From a virus (Duplodnaviria > Caudoviricetes): a stretch of DNA of 64,000 nt. Made by a program: the position numbers and the translations under genes. The notes under the pieces are model-generated. The model was not told the origin of the DNA. It searched no databases and was given only the letters and a program-made list of their open reading frames with translations. This document shows positions 56,836-64,000 of this stretch, piece by piece. Positions within the stretch are counted from its first letter, which is position 1. Each line of letters starts with the position of its first letter. The stretch lies in the IMG/VR virus record IMGVR_UViG_3300020576_002312, positions 1-64,000 of that record, one strand, 5' to 3'.

Positions 56836-57013
56836 GTCAGACTATCCTTATAAAGAATGCGAGTCCTGTAAGACAATAGCCGACTGTCCCCATCCAGACT
56901 GCGATAACGATATGTTGGGGTCGCCAATGCCACCTGAAATATGCTTAAGACCTATCGAGGTGATGAACGAGACTCTGAAATCAAGAAAGAAACGTAATGG
57001 TCGAAAAGATTAG
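56822..57013 (+). CDS. small Cys-rich protein
   Basis: CESC...CPHPDC...C. Confidence 0.55.
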   Translation: MKRSESDYPYKECESCKTIADCPHPDCDNDMLGSPMPPEICLRPIEVMNETLKSRKKRNGRKD

Positions 57014-57269
57014 CATCACCACATGGATAATTCTCTTATGTACTTATCTTATATTCGATTCGCTATATGTACTCTATATACAGGCTGTAAACGAATATAA
57101 AGCACTAAAGGCATCCTTTCTCGGAGTATTTATGTATCTGCTCACCGCTTATGGCACTATCGAATATATTTCTAACTTTGTGAACATCATTCCTATCATA
57201 TTAGGAAGTGGACTTGGAACTTTTATTACTATAAAATATCTTTCGGTTAAAAATGAGGAAAAAATGTAA
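56997..57269 (+). CDS. three-TM membrane protein
   Basis: Three hydrophobic helices; C-terminus duplicated after HNH. Confidence 0.7.
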   Translation: MVEKISITTWIILLCTYLIFDSLYVLYIQAVNEYKALKASFLGVFMYLLTAYGTIEYISNFVNIIPIILGSGLGTFITIKYLSVKNEEKM

Positions 57270-58179
57270 TAAATGTGGTAAAAGAAAAGATGTTTTTCTT
57301 ATGGGTAAAAACCGTAATAGAAAGGACGGCATTGCATCTACCTGTATAGAATGTCGTACAGGTAGCAGTGATAAAAAAAGGATCCAATTAAAAAAAGAGA
57401 AAGACGCGGGGGTAAAGACATGTATTAAGTGTGGGAAAATTAAAAGTATATCATGTTTTTGGAAAGGCATAAAAAACAGAAAAGGGGGGTACTCTTATCT
57501 TGAAGTGAATACTGCGTGTAAGGAATGTAGTTCTAAGAAAAGCAAAAAAAAGAAGGAAAGTGAATTAGAAAAAATATTATTATTTAAAAAAGGACTTGGC
57601 AGATGTACTAAATGTAATATTGTTTATTCTATTAGTTCATTTGTAAAGTCAACAGGTCAATACGGGGTTATCTTTACGTGTAATATGTGTAAAAACAAAA
57701 GGACAAGAGAGCTGAGAAGTACACCCGAAGGTAAATTAAGAATGAAAGAAAGTAATAAAAAAACAGATAGGAGTAAATATAAAGATACAATTCGTAAATG
57801 GATGGAATCAAATAGGGATTATCTTAATAAACAGGAGAATTTAAGATTACATAATGATACTGCATTTAGAATTAAAAAATATCTAAGAAGAGATATAAAT
57901 ACTGCTCTTAAAAAACAAAAAATAGCTAAGACACATAAATTTTTAAATATAATAGGGTGTACCGTAGATGAATTAATCAAACATATTGAATCTCGATTTA
58001 CAGAAGGGATGACATGGGAAAATCATGGGCAGTTTGGATGGCATATTGATCATATTATCCCGTGTGCATCGTTTGATCTTACTAATGAAGAAGAACAGTG
58101 TAAGTGTTTCCATTACACGAATCTTCAACCTTTATGGTGGATAGATAATCTTAAAAAAGGTGCTAAAATTTTATCTTAA
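57253..58179 (+). CDS. HNH endonuclease with three zinc fingers (paralog of 20820 and 32045)
   Basis: KKCNKCG, KTCIKCG, RCTKCN; IIGCT; MTWENHG..WHIDHIIPCASF..CFHYTNLQPLW. Confidence 0.9.
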   Translation: MRKKCNKCGKRKDVFLMGKNRNRKDGIASTCIECRTGSSDKKRIQLKKEKDAGVKTCIKCGKIKSISCFWKGIKNRKGGYSYLEVNTACKECSSKKSKKKKESELEKILLFKKGLGRCTKCNIVYSISSFVKSTGQYGVIFTCNMCKNKRTRELRSTPEGKLRMKESNKKTDRSKYKDTIRKWMESNRDYLNKQENLRLHNDTAFRIKKYLRRDINTALKKQKIAKTHKFLNIIGCTVDELIKHIESRFTEGMTWENHGQFGWHIDHIIPCASFDLTNEEEQCKCFHYTNLQPLWWIDNLKKGAKILS

Positions 58180-58212
58180 TTTTTGTTACACTTAAATACG
58201 GAAAACGAAGCA

Positions 58213-58326
58213 GTGAAAAAGATAGTTAAGGAGGAAGGAGAACCTCCTGCGGTACGAAGGTTGATAAGTTTATTACTTGATAGGAAGTTTTATAAGTATA
58301 AGCAGTTTAAATACGGGAAGGCATGA
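58213..58326 (+). CDS. small basic protein (37 aa) coupled to endolysin
   Basis: GTG start, MKKIVKEEGEPPAVRRLISLLLDRKFYKYKQFKYGKA; TGA overlaps lysin ATG. Confidence 0.45.
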   Translation: MKKIVKEEGEPPAVRRLISLLLDRKFYKYKQFKYGKA

Positions 58327-58751
58327 CAGAAATATTACTTGAGTTTTTAAAACTCTACGGATTAAAAGAGGTAGCGGGAAGTGAGAATAACCCACAGATA
58401 GTCGCCATGTTTAAGGAGATAGGGTTTGAGTCCGTGAAAGACGATGAAACGGCATGGTGTAGTGCGTCTCTCAATTATATCTGTAAAAAACTTGGATACG
58501 AAAGGAGTGGTAAGCTCGATGCACGTTCATGGCTTGCAATGCCTATACGTGTTTTACAACCGACACTTGGTGATATAGTAGTACTTTGGCGTGAATCACC
58601 TACCTCATGGAAAGGTCACGTAGGTTTGTTTATTAATCAGGATATAAATAATGTGTGGGTTTTGGCGGGAAATCAAGGTGATATGATTTCGATCACATCG
58701 TTTCCCCGTGACAGAGTGTTAGGATATAGACAGGTACATAAATTAAAATAA
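58323..58751 (+). CDS. endolysin, TIGR02594 family (NlpC/P60/CHAP-like peptidase)
   Basis: DDETAWCSA; DARSWL; GDIVV; GHVG; LAGNQGD. Confidence 0.88.
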   Translation: MTEILLEFLKLYGLKEVAGSENNPQIVAMFKEIGFESVKDDETAWCSASLNYICKKLGYERSGKLDARSWLAMPIRVLQPTLGDIVVLWRESPTSWKGHVGLFINQDINNVWVLAGNQGDMISITSFPRDRVLGYRQVHKLK

Positions 58752-58757
58752 AAAAAT

Positions 58758-58997
58758 ATGCAACTCAGCTTAGACAACATTAATAAACCTTCCCATAGAA
58801 AGTGGAAGAAGATAGCAGACTACTTGTTATATACGGTTCTCCCTGCTATAAACGTATTTTTGGTAGGCGTTCAGCCCGTCAGCCCTGAGTTTACTATATG
58901 GGCGATGGGGGTGAGTAACCTTCTTATAGCGCTCTTTAAAGGAGCATCAAAACTATCTGCCGAAGAAATACCCGATGAGTATGAAGATAAAATTTAA
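58758..58997 (+). CDS. holin-like membrane protein
   Basis: Two TM segments, charged C-terminus, next to endolysin. Confidence 0.6.
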   Translation: MQLSLDNINKPSHRKWKKIADYLLYTVLPAINVFLVGVQPVSPEFTIWAMGVSNLLIALFKGASKLSAEEIPDEYEDKI

Positions 58998-59721
58998 GTA
59001 TATTATTTTAGCTGTATTCTTATTGATAGGATTAATTTTCTATCTTGGGTGGCACTTCGGTACGTCCAAGCAGAGATCGTTGCAAACTATCAGCGAAAAT
59101 GCCTATAAAAAGGAGTTAAAACGCCTTACAATCACTCTCGATAACAAGACAGCGTTTCTGACTACTACAGAACAGGTTTTAGAAACCGAAAGACAGGCAA
59201 GGAAAGCGGGGGATATTGAGAGGAAAGAATTAAAGGCATTAAATATCAAACAGGCGAATGAAATTAATAGGCTCAAACTAAGGGTTGATACTTTAATTGA
59301 AGATGTAAATCATAATGGACAGATTATTGATATTCTCAATTCGCAAATCACGAACTTTGACAATAACTTGGATACAGTGTCTAGGTTTAAAGCAATAAAA
59401 CTACCTTTTGAATTTAAAAAAGACGATACATGGCTATCCCTTAAAGGGAACTTCAACAGTCAAGGAAAACTTGACATATCGTTGGGCTTAGACTTCAGTG
59501 CCGACCTGATTGCCGGAATAGACAAAACGACTAAGCAGAACACCGTAATACTAAAAACTGATTGCCCTTACATAAAAACAGTAACCTTCAAGTCAATAAA
59601 ACTTGATAGCCCGAAAGATAAAAAATATGGCATAGGCATTCAGTTTGGTTATGGCATTACTCGGAGTGGGTTATCTCCATTTGTCGGAGTGGGACTGCAA
59701 TACTCTCTAATAAAGTTCTAA
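58975..59721 (+). CDS. spanin-like protein (Bacteroidota type)
   Basis: N-terminal TM, coiled coil, C-terminal YGIGIQFGYG...FVGVGLQY beta-hairpin. Confidence 0.65.
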   Translation: MSMKIKFKYIILAVFLLIGLIFYLGWHFGTSKQRSLQTISENAYKKELKRLTITLDNKTAFLTTTEQVLETERQARKAGDIERKELKALNIKQANEINRLKLRVDTLIEDVNHNGQIIDILNSQITNFDNNLDTVSRFKAIKLPFEFKKDDTWLSLKGNFNSQGKLDISLGLDFSADLIAGIDKTTKQNTVILKTDCPYIKTVTFKSIKLDSPKDKKYGIGIQFGYGITRSGLSPFVGVGLQYSLIKF

Positions 59722-59744
59722 TAAAATCTCTAATATTCTCTAAT

Positions 59745-59772
59745 AAAAAAGCCTCCCTAAATGAGAGGCTTT
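59745..59772. terminator. intrinsic terminator between convergent units
   Basis: A6-GCCTC...GAGGC-TTT. Confidence 0.75.
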
Positions 59773-59797
59773 ACTGTTTTAATTTAATCTTTGAGTC

Positions 59798-59839
59798 TTA
59801 GCAGCCTTTGCCGCCTTTGCCTGGTTTCTTCTTTCCCAT
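59798..59839 (-). CDS. 13-aa Lys/Gly micropeptide MGKKKPGKGGKGC
   Basis: Own promoter box at 59877-59884, A-rich leader, terminator downstream. Confidence 0.5.
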   Translation of the reverse strand: MGKKKPGKGGKGC

Positions 59840-59912
59840 TACTTTAAATATTTAAGTTAACTTATAAGAGTAGCCACAAAGATAAAAACTATTTTTGAGA
59901 CTACCAAATAAA

Positions 59913-60668
59913 TTATAATAAAGCAGGAATCAATTTAGCCTTTTCAAGAACATTCCCTGCCTGTGAACCTGTTCTTCCCGACACCTCTGCATCCCATACC
60001 GCTTCAGCTAGTGCGTTGTAATCGACACCACCTGATGCTGCGCTATTGAGTTTAGCACCCATTGTGCCACTTTTATTAAATTCTGTTGCCAATGCGTTCC
60101 ATACTGCTGCGCCTACGTTAGCCGTGTTGAGTCCTGTTCCTGTAACTATGATATCAACACTCATATCTGCTACTCCCGCAGGCAACCCCGATAATCCGCC
60201 TGACCCAAGAAGATTAGCTACCATGTCTCCAAATGCAGTAATATTAGCAGAGATATTCCCTTGCCCTATCATATCACAAACCATCCCTAACTGAGTAATC
60301 AGTGACCCCTCTATAGATAGAGTACAACTACCAGTCATATTGGCAATGATATTACCTAATCCTATTAGGATATTGGTAGTAATATCACCACTACCTGTCA
60401 TTGTTATGTTAGCGGAATAGATAGTCATCGAGCCTGATCCCGATGTGCGTAGAGCCATACCTCCTGCCTTTAAGGGAGGAAACCATGCTCCTGCACCTGT
60501 TGTATATCCTTCGGGAATTGCAGATTTTTTGGATAAAGAGAGAAAGCGTAAAAGGTGGCTACTTGAATTTATACCGAGTAGGCTTCTTTCCGCACAACCA
60601 TTATAGCAGTTGTAACGAATAGGGTATTGCGCTATCTGTGTTATGTTGCCAATTAGCATTATTTCCAA
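59913..60668 (-). CDS. fibre-cassette structural protein (Gly/Ala/Thr-rich)
   Basis: IPEGY..GAWFPPLKAGGM; AAVWNAL / AEAVWD repeats. Confidence 0.65.
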   Translation of the reverse strand: MEIMLIGNITQIAQYPIRYNCYNGCAERSLLGINSSSHLLRFLSLSKKSAIPEGYTTGAGAWFPPLKAGGMALRTSGSGSMTIYSANITMTGSGDITTNILIGLGNIIANMTGSCTLSIEGSLITQLGMVCDMIGQGNISANITAFGDMVANLLGSGGLSGLPAGVADMSVDIIVTGTGLNTANVGAAVWNALATEFNKSGTMGAKLNSAASGGVDYNALAEAVWDAEVSGRTGSQAGNVLEKAKLIPALL

Positions 60669-62263
60669 ACACTAGTTAAATAACCCTGATACATACAAGG
60701 GTTAGGTATTACTGCTCCTGCGAAGATTAAAAATCCTAAACAAGCACCGTCTTTTATCTGTGGTAAAGATGGTAATTGATTAAGTAAATCTCTTTCTGAG
60801 GCGTAGAATGCAGCCGTTAACGGAATTGTAGCAAGTGGTTTACAAAGCACAACATTAACAAAGCCTGCACTAGCCGATGCTGCTGAGAATAACGCTGAGT
60901 CCACTTCTGCTACACCCGCATCCCCTTGTGCTAATGGAAGGAATGGGCCGAAGTTACCCGCAGCAACCCCTGAATGGCTAAGATGTGATTGAATTGCTGA
61001 TGCTGTATTCGCTACTACTGCTCCGAGGTTTCTTGCACTAAGCCCCTGAGTACCACTATAGGTCATTGAAAAGTTCTGAGCGTTTGCACCGTTACTGGTA
61101 TCAATAACATAATATGCCATAACACCCTTACCATCTCCGTAACGAGCGCAACCAATACCGACTGATACGTTGTCAATAGTTATTCTGATAGCATCTGATG
61201 GGGTTATTGAGAATGTCGCTGTTGATGATACGGCAGTGAACGTCTCAATATAAGATCCCGTCCCTGTTATCGTACGAGCCGAACCTGTTACACCGCCACA
61301 AGCAACCTGAAGAGTTCCTGTTGTAGTGAATGAAGTAATATCATATTCCACGGTATATGTTTTGCCAATAACAGTAGAATAGGTCATTGTTTGTGTAAGG
61401 GTATTAGTCCCTGCTCCGTTTTTAAGGACGTTGTTAGTTCCATAAGCCCATCCCGCATTAACTGTCCATCCTGTAGTTCCACCTGTGAATGTGCCGTTAT
61501 TAATATGCTCTTGATTATCGAGTACCTGAGATGTGTTTAAATCGGTTCTTATTTTCGGATAACAGCCAAGCATATCAACAATCATAAGCACTGATGGTGC
61601 TCCCGCAGCTACGTTAGTCCACGCACCACCATTGATAAGAGACTTAACGGCTGATGATACATTGCCTCCATTATATACATTGAGATCCTGTCCTGCTGCA
61701 TTATAAGGATAGATAGTTGTATCTGCCGAATAAGGGGTGAATGATCTTAATTTCCTTACGATAATAACGTCAATAGTTACGGCTGTGATGGTTGTAGCAC
61801 AAGAGATAAGAAATACGTTTGTAGCCCCTGCCGTTACTGTCTCTGTGAATGTTCCGTTAGCTGCACGTGTTACGGCTGTACCACCACCAATAGACATTGA
61901 TAGGTTTCCTGACCCTGCGTAAGAACCCACAGTCCAAATTACTTCATAAGCAAAACCGCTCATACACTCTATATTCTGTTGAAGTGTCTCAACCGATCCT
62001 GAGTTCGCTTTGGTCATCAAGTGAGTTGCTGCCGTCCAAGAGAACCCCGCAGAGAATGTCCAGTTAGAAGCACCCGCAAGGAAATCATAGTTTGAAACTA
62101 GATTACCATGAAGATAGGCAGGAGGAGTACCCCCAAAGTAAGTAAGGTCATACCATCTTCCGGCTACAACTGTACCCCCCGTATAAGTCTTCATAAAATC
62201 ACTACGCCACTGTTGTCCTGCACTCAGCGAGCCTATTATGTCATCAAATGTCTGTATTGCCAT
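60659..62263 (-). CDS. fibre-cassette protein with two inserted carbohydrate-binding-like modules
   Basis: AGRWYDL; PFLPLAQGDAGV; LCKPLATIPL; ERDLLNQLPSLPQIKDGACL. Confidence 0.7.
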   Translation of the reverse strand: MAIQTFDDIIGSLSAGQQWRSDFMKTYTGGTVVAGRWYDLTYFGGTPPAYLHGNLVSNYDFLAGASNWTFSAGFSWTAATHLMTKANSGSVETLQQNIECMSGFAYEVIWTVGSYAGSGNLSMSIGGGTAVTRAANGTFTETVTAGATNVFLISCATTITAVTIDVIIVRKLRSFTPYSADTTIYPYNAAGQDLNVYNGGNVSSAVKSLINGGAWTNVAAGAPSVLMIVDMLGCYPKIRTDLNTSQVLDNQEHINNGTFTGGTTGWTVNAGWAYGTNNVLKNGAGTNTLTQTMTYSTVIGKTYTVEYDITSFTTTGTLQVACGGVTGSARTITGTGSYIETFTAVSSTATFSITPSDAIRITIDNVSVGIGCARYGDGKGVMAYYVIDTSNGANAQNFSMTYSGTQGLSARNLGAVVANTASAIQSHLSHSGVAAGNFGPFLPLAQGDAGVAEVDSALFSAASASAGFVNVVLCKPLATIPLTAAFYASERDLLNQLPSLPQIKDGACLGFLIFAGAVIPNPCMYQGYLTSVWK

Positions 62264-62267
62264 ATTC

Positions 62268-63134
62268 TTAATTGTAAACTGTTTCTACTAAGCCTGTAAA
62301 TATTTGTCCTGCTACGTTACCGTTGACCTGCCCGATAAAATTAACATAAGCCCCATCGTAAATAATAGGCATCTCTCCTTTCATCAAAAGGAAATCCCAC
62401 TCTGCGGGAGTTGTTGTTTCCCTTATAAAGCCCTGAGATAATACCCGACAAAGAACAAGGGCAGCCAAGCCTCCATTGGGGTTCATAAATTGGATTGATT
62501 CTACCGATCTTATACCCTCGTCATTTGGTGTATCTATAAATGTACCTGAAAGCCCTGCCGAAACACCTGAATGAACAATTGTTCCTATATAAGTGTTGGT
62601 GTTAGTTGTAATTAATCTTGATGTTCTTCCACTTACTCCCTTATCATTTGTATAATTTATCGAAAACGTAGCCCCACCCACATAGGGATTTGTTGCTACC
62701 AAGAAAGCCATTACTCGTGAACCGTCTGTATAACGGGGCAAAGAAGGGACAAGAGGGTCGTCAATATGATTTGTGAATGGTTGAGGGTCGGTATTATCCA
62801 TATCTATTAAAGGATAAAACATCAGATAATCAAGAATGAATAATTCCATAGGGACTATTCCTGAGTTGACAGCCATCATTGTTAGCTTCCTTAATATCTT
62901 TGTTGCGGGTGTCTGATCTCCACCTGTCCAAATACCATAGCGACTTGTGAAAAGAGTTGCCTCAAGTGCGTTTCCGGTGTAAAAATTAGGGCGTGGATTA
63001 CCAGGACTCATTGAGAAGTCTACGACAGAACCCCGAACGGAAGCAATAGCAGGGACTTTCCTAAAAGAGACAGTAGTACTTTGTCCGTTAGTATAACAAT
63101 TCTCTACAAGGTCTTTTAGTTTTGTGTATGCCAT
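62268..63134 (-). CDS. fibre-cassette protein, paralog of 60659-62263
   Basis: DFSMSPGNP; LDYLMFYPLIDMD; LPRYTDG; IYDGAYVNF. Confidence 0.7.
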   Translation of the reverse strand: MAYTKLKDLVENCYTNGQSTTVSFRKVPAIASVRGSVVDFSMSPGNPRPNFYTGNALEATLFTSRYGIWTGGDQTPATKILRKLTMMAVNSGIVPMELFILDYLMFYPLIDMDNTDPQPFTNHIDDPLVPSLPRYTDGSRVMAFLVATNPYVGGATFSINYTNDKGVSGRTSRLITTNTNTYIGTIVHSGVSAGLSGTFIDTPNDEGIRSVESIQFMNPNGGLAALVLCRVLSQGFIRETTTPAEWDFLLMKGEMPIIYDGAYVNFIGQVNGNVAGQIFTGLVETVYN

Positions 63135-63135
63135 T

Positions 63136-63390
63136 TTAAATGCTTCTTCCTGTTATCATTGATAGTAATTGTCTTACCGTCATGGTGATTTTAATCGTTG
63201 TCTCCTGTAAAGGATTAAGATTTCCCTTCCCCCGTAAAGTTACCTTCCTTTTAGCGTAAATAGGTACATTTCTATGTTCACATTTATAATCATACTCAGG
63301 CTCATTACCTTCTCCTTTGGGGATTACACCAACACTCTTTCCGCAGACAGAGCATTCATATAAAGAAGGGAATTTCTCTGCTAATGTCAT
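63136..63390 (-). CDS. small zinc-binding protein of fibre cassette
   Basis: YECSVCG...CEH. Confidence 0.65.
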   Translation of the reverse strand: MTLAEKFPSLYECSVCGKSVGVIPKGEGNEPEYDYKCEHRNVPIYAKRKVTLRGKGNLNPLQETTIKITMTVRQLLSMITGRSI

Positions 63391-63391
63391 A

Positions 63392-63820
63392 TTATGATTC
63401 TGTGATTGTTATCGAACCTATGGTAAATACCGGAGTAATCAAATTACTTACGATAATCGGGGCATTAAGATCACCATAATGCCACACATCAACTGCACCA
63501 GACCCCACGCCTGTCTTTGCAGCTACAATAGTGTTTCCTGAAGCCCCACACTGATCGAAAGTAACCTGTGCAGTATTTGACACACTTCTTGTTCCGAGTG
63601 TCCAACCCGCTGCTGATCTTGCTACCGTCTTAGCTACATAATTAGTGTAATCAGCTTTGTTAGTTGACATTGTATCTCCTACCGCACCTGTAACTTTTGC
63701 AAGGGCGAGTGTTACTGTTGTTAATGGAGATGATGATGCGTTGTCGGCTACATTAGCCCATGGGGTAGCAATATACATTAACCCTAAGATGTTATTGCAA
63801 CAGACTGTGCTCTTTGGCAT
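63392..63820 (-). CDS. small fibre-associated structural protein
   Basis: ANVADNASSSPLT; YTNY..VARSAAGWT; promoter box at 63847-63854. Confidence 0.75.
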   Translation of the reverse strand: MPKSTVCCNNILGLMYIATPWANVADNASSSPLTTVTLALAKVTGAVGDTMSTNKADYTNYVAKTVARSAAGWTLGTRSVSNTAQVTFDQCGASGNTIVAAKTGVGSGAVDVWHYGDLNAPIIVSNLITPVFTIGSITITES

Positions 63821-63877
63821 ATCTTTATGATTTTATTATTATTTTACAAAGATAAGCACAAAAAAGTTATGGGATTT

Positions 63878-64000
63878 TTACGAGTATGTAACGCTTGTGA
63901 GGTCTGTTCCTGTATAATGTAAGGTCTTAGTTAGTTCTATACCTGATGGTGTTGCTCCTGAAAGGACTATGCTCGTCAGCACTCCGAGAGTGTAGTTTAA
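63878..64000 (-). CDS. C-terminal end of a structural gene (starts beyond window)
   Basis: ...LNYTLGVLTSIVLSGATPSGIELTKTLHYTGTDLTSVTYS-stop. Confidence 0.6.
   Translation of the reverse strand, partial: LNYTLGVLTSIVLSGATPSGIELTKTLHYTGTDLTSVTYS

Noticed and set aside
58975-59721. Embedded o-spanin lipoprotein in an alternative frame
   Set aside because: No convincing lipobox-containing overlapping ORF was recognised
1-64000. Alternative genetic code (TAG=Gln or TGA=Trp) as in some crAss-like phages
   Set aside because: Long structural ORFs are intact in code 11, and TAG/TGA end genes cleanly right before the next start (e.g. 33935, 36168, 41439, 53320)
1-64000. CRISPR array or mini-array
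   Set aside because: No regularly spaced 25-45-nt repeats found; the short repeats seen are coding hexamers or tetranucleotide runs
1-64000. Integrase or prophage attachment site
   Set aside because: No recombinase and no host genes in the window; lifestyle cannot be determined from this segment

Overview
The window is a 64-kb segment of a tailed dsDNA phage with crAss-like (podovirus-type) virion-module architecture. It reads in the standard genetic code. The host is almost certainly Bacteroidota, because more than 25 TAnnTTTG host-type -7 promoter boxes precede transcription units on both strands. Layout: (i) 1-18.5 kb, mostly minus strand, has small early genes, homing endonucleases, two DNA methyltransferases, GroES-like proteins, an SSB, a replication initiator and an RNase H-fold exonuclease. 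It also holds a glycan-modification set of three glycosyltransferases (one ppGalNAc-T-like), an N-acetyl-sugar amidotransferase and a SAM methyltransferase. A tRNA-Met(CAT) lies inside a structured RNA region. (ii) 18.6-59.7 kb, plus strand, has the terminase, a nucleotidyltransferase moron, portal, scaffold, major capsid, ring proteins, an apparently split tail muzzle gene with an adhesin cassette inserted, three cargo/ejection proteins (no recognisable virion RNA polymerase), a head-spike-like pair and a lysis cluster. (iii) 59.8-64 kb is a minus-strand fibre/structural cassette. The most notable candidates are a phage protein O-glycosylation system, the split muzzle, a circularly permuted lectin domain nested inside another lectin domain, a homing endonuclease that replaced the C-terminus of its target gene, anti-initiation-region RNA switches, several structured non-coding regions and a 13-aa peptide with its own transcription unit. 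All family assignments come from motif recognition by eye; no searches were run.
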